From an uncultured virus (IMG/VR IMGVR_UViG_3300023198_000928) (Duplodnaviria; Heunggongvirae; Uroviricota; Caudoviricetes), in the IMG/VR virus record IMGVR_UViG_3300023198_000928: 33,887 bases of DNA; one strand, given 5' to 3'. Positions 14,153 through 22,915 of the stretch are shown here, piece by piece (the stretch's first letter is position 1; every line of letters begins with the position of its first letter). Both the position numbers and the translations under genes were made by a program. The notes beneath the pieces were generated by a model. The model was not told the origin of the DNA and searched no databases. It worked only from the letters and a program-made list of their open reading frames with translations.

Positions 14153-15070
14153 ATGAAAAAAAGTATTAACAGTATCCACATTGCTGCCCCGATGTTAGGA
14201 TTACAAAATGAATACAATAGGGGTAAGATAGTACCTTCACCGGTATTTAAAGAACAAGAGCTAGCCATACTAACTCATGGTGGCATATTCCACGCAGACG
14301 AAGTTTGCGCAATAGCATTATTGATAGTGAGTCATAATCCAAGCTTCGTTAATATTTACCGAGCACCAAGAAAAGAATTGGATAGTGGTAAATTTGCAGT
14401 GGCTTCAAGTAGAGGACTAAAACAATTAGTTACTGATAATACAGAAGCTAATTTCTTTGTACTAGACTGTTTAGGTACTTATGATACTGATGAATTCTTC
14501 TTTGACCATCATCAAAATGCTGAATTGGAAGCTACAAATGTATTGATAGCACAACATGAATTCACTGAAGATTACTTCAAATTTATTAAAGATTTCTTAT
14601 ATCGTGTTAGTGATGTAGATAGAAACAGAAGTGGGTTAGAAGAAGTGGAACAACCAACTGAAATTACTGCTATTATTCGTAGTCTTAATTCAGTAGAGAA
14701 TGGATTTATTTTAGCTGTTACAATGTTGGTTAAATATTTTGTATCAACAATCAATCAGTATAATAAATACATAGTGTCCAGGAAATCTTATATTAATATG
14801 GAAAGAGTAGGTAATATTAAATTTACTACTACTCCTATGAGATTAGTGAATTGGCAACCTGATGCTAAAGATGAAGAAGTTGATGTAATAGTACTTCCAG
14901 ATGGTGAATCAGATTCTGATGGGTATATTGCTCTTAGTAGAAGTACTAAAGACTATATTATACCTGAAGATGGTGATCATTCATTCAGGCACAACAGTGG
15001 GTTTTTAGCTAAATATCCATCATTGATTGTAGCATTGAAATCGTTGAATGCAATAAGTATTAGTAAGTAA
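14153..15070 (+). CDS. MYG1/UPF0160 family DHH exonuclease-like protein
   Basis: THGGIFHADEVCAIALL, VLDCLGTYD, FDHHQ and FRHNSGF motifs. Confidence 0.85.
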   Translation: MKKSINSIHIAAPMLGLQNEYNRGKIVPSPVFKEQELAILTHGGIFHADEVCAIALLIVSHNPSFVNIYRAPRKELDSGKFAVASSRGLKQLVTDNTEANFFVLDCLGTYDTDEFFFDHHQNAELEATNVLIAQHEFTEDYFKFIKDFLYRVSDVDRNRSGLEEVEQPTEITAIIRSLNSVENGFILAVTMLVKYFVSTINQYNKYIVSRKSYINMERVGNIKFTTTPMRLVNWQPDAKDEEVDVIVLPDGESDSDGYIALSRSTKDYIIPEDGDHSFRHNSGFLAKYPSLIVALKSLNAISISK

Positions 15071-15185
15071 TAATTAAAAATATAAAAACAACGCATATGT
15101 TGATTACACTTTAAGGGGTTATAGAGTAATTCAATTTATAAGTGCGTTGTTTTTCTTTTAATATAAATTAATAAAATCATATAAT

Positions 15186-15413
15186 ATGGCAATGATAAAA
15201 AAAATATCTGATGATGTGTTCAATGGTGAACATCCTAATGGTGTTGTAGCAGGGTATGTTAAGAAATTAGATATCGCTGCTAAAGATCCAGTTGTTGGCG
15301 AAGTATACTGGTTTGGTAAATTTCGTACGTCGAAAGTAACTGAAATAATCGCTTCATCTGGTAGAGTAACAAAATTCAAGACTAAGAACTCTACTTATAT
15401 ACTTAGCAAATAA
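15186..15413 (+). CDS. Hypothetical protein
   Basis: 75 aa; FRTSKV...FKTKNSTY. Confidence 0.7.
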   Translation: MAMIKKISDDVFNGEHPNGVVAGYVKKLDIAAKDPVVGEVYWFGKFRTSKVTEIIASSGRVTKFKTKNSTYILSK

Positions 15414-15417
15414 ACTA

Positions 15418-15729
15418 TAAACTCTCGTTCTTCGATAGCTTTGAAGACTCCCCATTGATACACTTAGAACGAATTCATATATTCGCACGGTAGTACGATA
15501 CGCGTGGTTCAGCTTATTACTGACATTCAAGGATAGCAACCTTGCGAGAGTTTATTAAAATATAGATAAGACTAGATTCGCTATCGAAAAGGAGTTAGCT
15601 CTACTCCCTGTCTTATCTTAAAACAATATTAATATTACACTAGTGATGCTAGCAGTTAAAACGAGTTGTGTGCTGGGGTAAAATGTCCACCTATCGACGG
15701 AGGGAACTAATCAAACACTCACTGCTAGC
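15418..15729 (+). ncRNA. Cluster of three putative structured RNAs
   Basis: Closing stems taaactctcg/cgagagttta (15418-15554), agataagac/gtcttatct (15564-15618) and gctagcagt/actgctagc (15648-15729). Confidence 0.45.
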
Positions 15730-15842
15730 TATTTTAGAAATTAAACTAATTCAATTCAATTATGTAAACATAGCAGACATATTATAGGGGTAGTGACAAC
15801 AGCTGCCCCTTTCGGTATCTTTACATATAAATATATTTTAAC

Positions 15843-16007
15843 ATGTTCTGGATAATAGTAATAATAGTAGTAATATTGTTCGCCATTGATGGTGATGATT
15901 CAAATACAAACACAGCTGGAATAACTATCTTTCATTTTCTAGGATGTGTATTTCAAATAGCCTTGGCAATAGCAGGAATAGCATTTATTCTGTCACTGCT
16001 TGGGTAA
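15843..16007 (+). CDS. Small two-TM membrane protein
   Basis: 54 aa with two hydrophobic stretches. Confidence 0.55.
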   Translation: MFWIIVIIVVILFAIDGDDSNTNTAGITIFHFLGCVFQIALAIAGIAFILSLLG

Positions 16008-16050
16008 TAAAACGACAACAACAATAATAATTAAATAACTATAAACCATT

Positions 16051-16308
16051 ATGAAAATACTTAACAATCTTCCAACAGCGATAATTTCAGCTATTATCAC
16101 ATTAGTATTAGTGTATGCAATTACTAAACCAATGGGTCGTTCAGAGGCTTATTCAATATTATCTAGTGCTGGCACAATTGTCAGTGTTGATAATACTCTT
16201 ACTTATTACACTACTGAAGTAATGCTGGAATTGGAGCTAGAAGCATTAGCTAAATTACATTCCAATTATGAGAGTGTACGAGTTGTAACTAATACTGTTA
16301 AACAATAA
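16051..16308 (+). CDS. Membrane-anchored hypothetical protein
   Basis: N-terminal hydrophobic helix. Confidence 0.65.
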   Translation: MKILNNLPTAIISAIITLVLVYAITKPMGRSEAYSILSSAGTIVSVDNTLTYYTTEVMLELELEALAKLHSNYESVRVVTNTVKQ

Positions 16309-16436
16309 TGAGCCTTTACAAAGCTTATAGACTTTCAACATTAGGGTGTATAATCGCTCTATTAGCTATATTATTATGTGCTGCCATGATTATCTTATTT
16401 TTATTAGATTTATTCTTTAATATTAATCTATTATAA
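16308..16436 (+). CDS. Small membrane peptide
   Basis: 42 aa, hydrophobic; TAATG coupling. Confidence 0.55.
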   Translation: MSLYKAYRLSTLGCIIALLAILLCAAMIILFLLDLFFNINLL

Positions 16437-16640
16437 TGGGACATTATGACCACAACCAGACAGGAGGAGGATGCGTAAACATTTTTTGTCTATTGCTTTA
16501 TTGCCATTTTACGGTCTTTCTCCTTTTATTTTGAGTTTCAGATTAGATAATTAACTCAATTAGTTCATTTTTATAATTAATTTCAATTCCCGGTAGTGTG
16601 TCGCCATATTGCTGGGTTTTTGATACTAAAATTAACTGCC

Positions 16641-16769
16641 ATGACATATAAAGAATATTTCAAATCATTAAGTTTAGTTAAAAAATTAGTAGCAATATAT
16701 GTTACACTATCAGCCATTGCTGCAATAATATTAGTAATATATAGTGTATTTTTAATAATATATGATTAA
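16641..16769 (+). CDS. Small membrane peptide
   Basis: 42 aa, single TM segment. Confidence 0.55.
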   Translation: MTYKEYFKSLSLVKKLVAIYVTLSAIAAIILVIYSVFLIIYD

Positions 16770-16790
16770 ATAACCAGTAAACAAACCCTT

Positions 16791-17072
16791 ATGAAGACAA
16801 CAACTGTTCAACAACAATTAAAACCGAAGCTGACAAAAATTTTAACCGCTAAGAAAAAAAAGAAAAAGAAATCAAACCCAACCCTTGAAATTACATTAGC
16901 ACTAAGTGTAGGATTAGAAACTATTCTTAGAACTTTCAAAACAGGAAGATGTACAAAGAAAGGTGTTCCAGCATTTGTAAAGAAAAAGTATTCTTCTATT
17001 ATAAATTTTGGTGGAAAAGTAAAGGTACAGAAGATATTAACCTATGATTCTGCTACCGGCAAGTTTATTTAA
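16791..17072 (+). CDS. Highly basic hypothetical protein
   Basis: Poly-Lys tract, 93 aa. Confidence 0.65.
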   Translation: MKTTTVQQQLKPKLTKILTAKKKKKKKSNPTLEITLALSVGLETILRTFKTGRCTKKGVPAFVKKKYSSIINFGGKVKVQKILTYDSATGKFI

Positions 17073-17158
17073 GATACAGATATGTGTATATTTAAGATTA
17101 AATTGCGTATTATAATAGTAATCGTTATATTAATTAATTAATTTTAAATATACACATT

Positions 17159-17647
17159 ATGTTATCAACTAAAGTTTTACATTTATTAAATAGACAGATA
17201 AGATTAGAGGGTGAATCAGCTCAGATATACTTATCAATGCATACTTGGGCCGCAGATTATGGACTAGAAGGTACTGCTAAATGGTTCTTGGAACAATATC
17301 AAGAAGAAAAAGTTCACATGCTTAAATTTGTTAAATATATAAATGATAGAGGTTCTAGAGCAAATGTATCTCAACTGGATGCACCGGCTCAAGAGTTCAC
17401 TAACTGTCTTAATGTATTTGAGGAAACTCTTAAACATGAGACATATATTTGTAAAAGTATTAAAGAGATTATTAAAGTAGCTGACACTGAAGGCGACTTA
17501 CAAACCTGTGCATTTCTTCATTGGTTCATGATTGAACAGAATGAGGAAGAAGAGAGTGTTCGTAGAATACTAGATAGAGTCAAATGGTCCGAAGGCGATA
17601 AGGCAGCAATATTAGCTACTGATTGTTGGATTGGCAAATTAAGATAG
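17159..17647 (+). CDS. ftnA: Non-heme ferritin
   Basis: LNRQIRLEGESAQIYLSM, QYQEEKVHMLKF, HETYI and FLHWFMIEQNEEE ferroxidase motifs. Confidence 0.92.
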   Translation: MLSTKVLHLLNRQIRLEGESAQIYLSMHTWAADYGLEGTAKWFLEQYQEEKVHMLKFVKYINDRGSRANVSQLDAPAQEFTNCLNVFEETLKHETYICKSIKEIIKVADTEGDLQTCAFLHWFMIEQNEEEESVRRILDRVKWSEGDKAAILATDCWIGKLR

Positions 17648-17714
17648 ACTATCATATAAAATATTAATGCAAGTGGTTTTGTTATTAATGTAGTTCAAGT
17701 TGTTATTTATAATT

Positions 17715-17744
17715 GCGGTATGGGTTGGTTACTCGTGCCGCTTT
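17715..17744 (+). terminator. Intrinsic terminator
   Basis: gcggtatgggt-tggtt-actcgtgccgc followed by tttt. Confidence 0.75.
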
Positions 17745-17894
17745 ATTATTGTACAGAACTATTTAATCTTTAAAGTAAGTAAGTAAGTAAATAAATATTT
17801 TCAACAACTGCCGCCCATAAATTTAATCATCTGTCTCATAGATTTTTATGTTTAAGGTTTGTACAAATGGGCGGCACCCTTAAACCCTCACACT

Positions 17895-18233
17895 ATGGAT
17901 CCAAATTTTAGAACAAAAGACCAAATATTAAAGATAATTATTGTAGTATCACTTGTCTTAATGGGAGAATTTACTAAAGACTCTACAGCATTTTTTACAG
18001 TAGATTTTTTATTTATGATGATTATTATAGTTTCAATTGAATCTCTTGTCAGATTACATACTAATTATGCCCTTGATGAATTTATTGATTATGCATTTCC
18101 TTTTAAGACTACAATGAGATGTGTTAGATGTAAAGGTAAAGGCGAGTATAAAGGGGAGACATGCCCTATATGCAATGGTGATAAAAAAGTTGAAGTAATA
18201 ATAACTAAAGAAAAGGAGGATACTGATGTTTAA
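17895..18233 (+). CDS. Two-TM protein with DnaJ-type zinc finger
   Basis: CVRCKGKG...CPICNGDK; ATG 17895 preferred over the upstream TTG. Confidence 0.65.
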   Translation: MDPNFRTKDQILKIIIVVSLVLMGEFTKDSTAFFTVDFLFMMIIIVSIESLVRLHTNYALDEFIDYAFPFKTTMRCVRCKGKGEYKGETCPICNGDKKVEVIITKEKEDTDV

Positions 18234-18558
18234 TATTACTCTAAGATCAAGACAAATAGCTGCTTTAAAGAAAGTACTTGTAGTATTAGATGAAGCTATT
18301 GAAAAGAAGAAGCCTTATAATGTGTACATATGTAATGAACTAGCAGTATTAGGAGCACATAGAACTATAGATCTTTTTAAAAAGCATAAGCCAACTATAA
18401 GGAGATATTCAGAATTCTACTATCATAGAAATTTTTCAGGTACAACAGTGTGGTGGACACCTTTTACAAGGAATAATGAAGATATGCCAACTCAATTTGT
18501 TAACTGTAATATACAGCGAAGTGAATTTTTAAGAAAACTAATAACAATATTAAGATAA
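18226..18558 (+). CDS. Hypothetical protein (tandem paralog 1)
   Basis: IC..L, KP...F, WW and CN.QR..FL..LI motifs shared with the next gene. Confidence 0.75.
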   Translation: MFNITLRSRQIAALKKVLVVLDEAIEKKKPYNVYICNELAVLGAHRTIDLFKKHKPTIRRYSEFYYHRNFSGTTVWWTPFTRNNEDMPTQFVNCNIQRSEFLRKLITILR

Positions 18559-18563
18559 CCCAT

Positions 18564-18917
18564 ATGAAAAAAGAATTAAGCCATGTAGCGAAATTAGAAA
18601 TCTTAGCCATCTTTGAAAAGGTGGTTATGGATATTAAGAAAGATATAAGACAAGAAACTACAATATGTAAGATTCTATCTCATAAATTTAAGAATAATAT
18701 TTCTGCTTTAGAATATTTACAAGAAAATAGACCATCAATGTCTAAGCATGGTTCTTTCTTTATTCACGCTTTATATAGCCCTCATAGATATATTTGGTGG
18801 CAGACTGGTGACCAGAGCAAGAGAAGTTATATAGAAAAGAGAGCACAAGTAGAACGATGTAATGAACAACGTGTTAAGTTTCTAGAACATTTAATTGAAC
18901 AACTAATAAGTAAATAA
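18564..18917 (+). CDS. Hypothetical protein (tandem paralog 2)
   Basis: Same motifs as the previous gene. Confidence 0.75.
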   Translation: MKKELSHVAKLEILAIFEKVVMDIKKDIRQETTICKILSHKFKNNISALEYLQENRPSMSKHGSFFIHALYSPHRYIWWQTGDQSKRSYIEKRAQVERCNEQRVKFLEHLIEQLISK

Positions 18918-18936
18918 CTAACCTTAAATAATAATT

Positions 18937-20946
18937 ATGTTCATAGACATTAAAAAACAAGTGCAAGAAAATTTTGCTGAGATGATATCCGGCAATAACC
19001 CACTATTTATTACTAATGTAGTTAAAGATAGTTTATGGGATACCTATTTAAATTCTTTCGAAGATCCTGATATTCGACAGGGAAATAACTGCAATAGCTG
19101 TAGAAGTTTCTTACGTCAGTATGGTAATATAGTATCAATCAAGGACAATAAGATAGTAACATTATGGGATTTTGAATGTGATGATGAAGAGTATGCTCCT
19201 GCTGTTAAAGCTTTGCGTAGATTGGTAGCATCTTCAGAGATTAGAAGTAAGTTTTTATCTCAATATGCTAAGTTAGGTGTTGATAAAAATAAGCAGACAT
19301 TAGAGAATGGTGAAATATTAATGTGGAATCATTTTCATATTAAATTACCTAGAAAATTTGTCTCTTCTAATGTTGATACAGTAATAGGTAAAGCTAGAGA
19401 TACTAGAAATATGTTTAAACGAGCATTAGATGAACTTACAGTTGATGCGTGTAAAACAGTGCTAGAATTGATTGGCCAGAATTCATTATATAGAGGTTCT
19501 GAATTTAAAACCTTAGTAGAACAATTCTTAAAAGCTAAGCTTGCTTATGATAAAGTAGCGGAAGAGCAGAAAAATAATTATGTATGGCTTACTAATGAAA
19601 TTACTCCAACATCTATAACTACTCTTAGAAACTCATCTATTGGTAAATTATTGATAGATTTATCTAAAAATGTTGAATTAGATAGAGCAGTTAAATCATT
19701 TGAAACCATAGTTGCTCCTACTAATTATAAGCGCCCAACTGCCTTAATAACTAAAGGTATGATTAAAGAAGCTGAGGCTAAAATAAAAGAAATGGGGTTA
19801 GAGAGCTCATTATCTAGAAGAATGGCAACTAAAGATGACATTAGTGTAAGTAACTTATTGTTTGTTGATAGAGGAACTAAAATAGCTGTAGAAGATCAAT
19901 CTCCTTTGGATGTACTAGCAGGAATGTCTGACAATGTACCAGTTAATCCTAAGAGTTTACAAAAGGTTGAAGAAATATCTATCGATGAGTTCCTAGATAA
20001 AGTTGTGCCTACTATTGAGAGTGCGGAAGTATTTCTTGAAAATAAGCATAATAACAATCTTATGTCTTTGGTTACTTCTGAAAATAATGATGCTCCTCCT
20101 CTATTTAAATGGGATAGTCCTGTTTCTTGGTCATATGTAAATAATGTGACTGACAGTATTAAAGAGCGTGTTAAAGCTCAGGGTGGTAATGTTACTGGTG
20201 AATTAAGATGCTCATTATCTTGGCATAATTATGATGATTTAGATATTCATATTAATGAGCCTGGTGTTGGTGGAAAGATTTATTATGGAAGTAAACGTTC
20301 TATCACTGGAGGTACTCTTGATGTTGATATGAATGCCGGAGGTAGGAGAAGTAAAGCTCCTGTTGAGAATGTAATATGGACCAATCCTACTAAAATGAGG
20401 GAAGGTGAATATTCTGTTACTATTAATAACTATGCACGCAGAGGAAATACTGACGTAGGCTACACTGTTCAAATAGAATGTAAAGGAGAGATCTTTGAAT
20501 TTTCACAAGCTAAATCACCTGGTAATCATAAATCTGCTAAACCTATTAAATTTACATATAGTAGAGCTGAAGGAGTTAAGTTTACTTCTGATGTTAAATC
20601 TAATGTAGTTAGTAAGGAAGTTTGGGGTATGGATACTAACATGTTCCATAAAGTTAATATGATTTTGAAGTCACCTAATTATTGGGATAAGACTATAGGT
20701 AATATGCACACATTCTTTATCTTAGACGACGCTAAAAGTGATGAGGCACCTAGAGGATTCTTTAATGAATTCTTAAAGACTGACTTAGAGAAGAACAGAA
20801 AGGTATTTGAAGTACTAGGTTCTAAACTTCAAGTTAATTTGAGAGAAGAGCAATTGAGTGGTATTGGATTTTCAAGTACTCAAAGAAATCATGTTATCTT
20901 ACGGGTTAACAGTAGATTTAGTAGATTATTAAAAGTAAAGTTTTAA
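18937..20946 (+). CDS. Large phage protein with N-terminal CxxC and C-terminal YfaP/DUF2135-like domain
   Basis: NCNSCRSF; SLSWHNYDDLDIH...GGTLDVDMNAG...VENVIW. Confidence 0.7.
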   Translation: MFIDIKKQVQENFAEMISGNNPLFITNVVKDSLWDTYLNSFEDPDIRQGNNCNSCRSFLRQYGNIVSIKDNKIVTLWDFECDDEEYAPAVKALRRLVASSEIRSKFLSQYAKLGVDKNKQTLENGEILMWNHFHIKLPRKFVSSNVDTVIGKARDTRNMFKRALDELTVDACKTVLELIGQNSLYRGSEFKTLVEQFLKAKLAYDKVAEEQKNNYVWLTNEITPTSITTLRNSSIGKLLIDLSKNVELDRAVKSFETIVAPTNYKRPTALITKGMIKEAEAKIKEMGLESSLSRRMATKDDISVSNLLFVDRGTKIAVEDQSPLDVLAGMSDNVPVNPKSLQKVEEISIDEFLDKVVPTIESAEVFLENKHNNNLMSLVTSENNDAPPLFKWDSPVSWSYVNNVTDSIKERVKAQGGNVTGELRCSLSWHNYDDLDIHINEPGVGGKIYYGSKRSITGGTLDVDMNAGGRRSKAPVENVIWTNPTKMREGEYSVTINNYARRGNTDVGYTVQIECKGEIFEFSQAKSPGNHKSAKPIKFTYSRAEGVKFTSDVKSNVVSKEVWGMDTNMFHKVNMILKSPNYWDKTIGNMHTFFILDDAKSDEAPRGFFNEFLKTDLEKNRKVFEVLGSKLQVNLREEQLSGIGFSSTQRNHVILRVNSRFSRLLKVKF

Positions 20947-20964
20947 TTAAATAAATAATAACAG

Positions 20965-21342
20965 ATGTTTGAAAAAGCAACCCGATTGAAATTGCGGTTT
21001 AAACTACACAATGGTATGGTTTCAACTGAAGATTTATGGGATTTATCCCTTGAAAGATTAGATACATTAGCTAAAACCCTAAATAAAGAGGTGGAAACTT
21101 CTAAGGAAACTAGTTACATTAAAACTGTTAGCAGAGCAAGTACTGTTGCTAAATTAAAGTTTGATGTAGTGATAGCTGTAATTAATCATAAACTAGCAGC
21201 AGCTGAAGCTAAAACTAGTAGAAAATTACGTGCTCAAAAGCGTGCTCAATTACAAGAACTTATTGACAAGAAAGTTGTTAGTGTTCAAGAAAGTAAGTCA
21301 ATCCAAGAGTTGGAAAAAGAACTTGCTGAGTTAGAAGACTAG
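20965..21342 (+). CDS. Coiled-coil phage protein adjacent to the YfaP-like gene
   Basis: MFEKATRLKLRF...STEDLWDL. Confidence 0.7.
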   Translation: MFEKATRLKLRFKLHNGMVSTEDLWDLSLERLDTLAKTLNKEVETSKETSYIKTVSRASTVAKLKFDVVIAVINHKLAAAEAKTSRKLRAQKRAQLQELIDKKVVSVQESKSIQELEKELAELED

Positions 21343-21364
21343 TAAGGAAGTAATAGTAAGAATA

Positions 21365-21392
21365 AGGGCTACTGAGTGATTGGTAGCCTTTT
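21365..21392 (+). terminator. Intrinsic terminator
   Basis: agggctactga-gtga-ttggtagcctt followed by tt. Confidence 0.65.
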
Positions 21393-21403
21393 AATTTGTA
21401 TTT

Positions 21404-21586
21404 ATGAGTAAAGAAACAGTAGTACAATACATTGTAGCTGAAGGCCCTTCTGTTGTAGAATTAGAGCAGAGTGTAAGTAGATATCTAAAGCAGGGATTTA
21501 TTCCTCAAGCAGGTATATGCCATAATCCATTTCCAGATATTAGAACTGGTTCTAGATTTCTTCAGGCAATGATTAAAACTGAATAA
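21404..21586 (+). CDS. DUF1737-like small protein
   Basis: Y.V......ELEQSVSRYLKQGFIPQAG....QAMIK. Confidence 0.6.
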   Translation: MSKETVVQYIVAEGPSVVELEQSVSRYLKQGFIPQAGICHNPFPDIRTGSRFLQAMIKTE

Positions 21587-21605
21587 TAATAAATAACAAC
21601 AATTT

Positions 21606-21995
21606 ATGAAAAATGAACTGGCTAAAACAGATGAGAATGCTGTTGAAGTAGTAGGGTATCTAGATGATAGCTTATCAAGAAGTAACAAGGCGATTAGAGC
21701 TGAAAGAGGTGAGGCAGTAAAAGAAGACCTAGCCTTAATTTACAAACGTGAAGTGGAAGACATTGAAATGCAAGTAATCCGCTTGAACAGAAAGAGATTA
21801 AACATGTTTGATTTCTCTCCTACAAATGCTCAATCTTTGGTTATGGCTAAAGAAATTGATGCAGTTGAGATTAAAAATGAAGATATTAAAATCAGATTGA
21901 CAATCAGAAACACTAAGATTAAATTAGGGATTGCTAAAGCTGCATTTAATTTCTTATTTGGTGAGGTGTATATAATTGCTGAAGACGAAAGATAA
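21606..21995 (+). CDS. Coiled-coil hypothetical protein
   Basis: 129 aa, coupled to the vWA gene. Confidence 0.75.
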   Translation: MKNELAKTDENAVEVVGYLDDSLSRSNKAIRAERGEAVKEDLALIYKREVEDIEMQVIRLNRKRLNMFDFSPTNAQSLVMAKEIDAVEIKNEDIKIRLTIRNTKIKLGIAKAAFNFLFGEVYIIAEDER

Positions 21996-22891
21996 TGGGA
22001 TATAGCAGTTATAGCACGTCGAACGCACACAGTACTAGATCAGCAAAGAGTACTTTTACTAATAGTGTGGATATGAACTTTAAGCAAAACTTGAAGAGAG
22101 AGTCTCATAGCACAATGTCCGCTAAAGGTATTGTATTAAGAGAAGCTAGAGATAGTGAAGCTCATCCTAATGCCTATCCTATTATTATAGCTCTTGATTT
22201 GACCGGGTCAATGCAAGATATTCCTCAAAATTTAATCAGAGATGGTTTACCTAAATTAATCAGTGGTATTATTCAAGGAGGTATTCAATCACCTAGTTTA
22301 TTATTCTTAGGTGTTGGAGATCATGAATGTGATACTGATCCGTTACAGGTTGGTCAATTTGAAAGTGGTGATGAGGAGTTAGATCAGTGGTTAGAAAGAA
22401 CATACCTTGAAGGAGGTGGTGGTGGAAATGAAGGTGAGTCTTATGGCTTAGCTCATTATTTTGCTGCTCGTCATACAGCTACAGATCATTGGGACAAAAG
22501 AAGTCAAAAAGGTATTCTTATTACTATTGGTGATGAGCCTAACTTAGCGACATATCCTTCTGCAGCATTGCAACAAATTATGGGTAATAAAGATATCAGT
22601 GCTTCTACTGATGTTAAATTACTAGAGGCTGCTCAAGAAAAATGGGAAGTATTTCATATTAATCCAAGGGGTAATCAAGATTGGAGAAATACTAACGGTT
22701 ATTGGGGACAATTATTAGGACAAAGATTTATTAAACTTGATACATATACTGAAATTCCTGACACTGTTAAGAAATTAGTATTAAAGTATGGTTTAAAATC
22801 TCTTAACGAGCCAGATCCACCATCAGAATATACTCATCCAGAATTAGATGGAACTAATGATTCTGATGAACCAGAAGAAACAATTTTATAA
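21995..22891 (+). CDS. von Willebrand factor A (MIDAS) domain protein
   Basis: IIIALDLTGSM, EGGGGGNEGESY and ITIGDE motifs. Confidence 0.85.
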   Translation: MGYSSYSTSNAHSTRSAKSTFTNSVDMNFKQNLKRESHSTMSAKGIVLREARDSEAHPNAYPIIIALDLTGSMQDIPQNLIRDGLPKLISGIIQGGIQSPSLLFLGVGDHECDTDPLQVGQFESGDEELDQWLERTYLEGGGGGNEGESYGLAHYFAARHTATDHWDKRSQKGILITIGDEPNLATYPSAALQQIMGNKDISASTDVKLLEAAQEKWEVFHINPRGNQDWRNTNGYWGQLLGQRFIKLDTYTEIPDTVKKLVLKYGLKSLNEPDPPSEYTHPELDGTNDSDEPEETIL

Positions 22892-22915
22892 ACAAACCTT
22901 AAAAACAATAAATAA

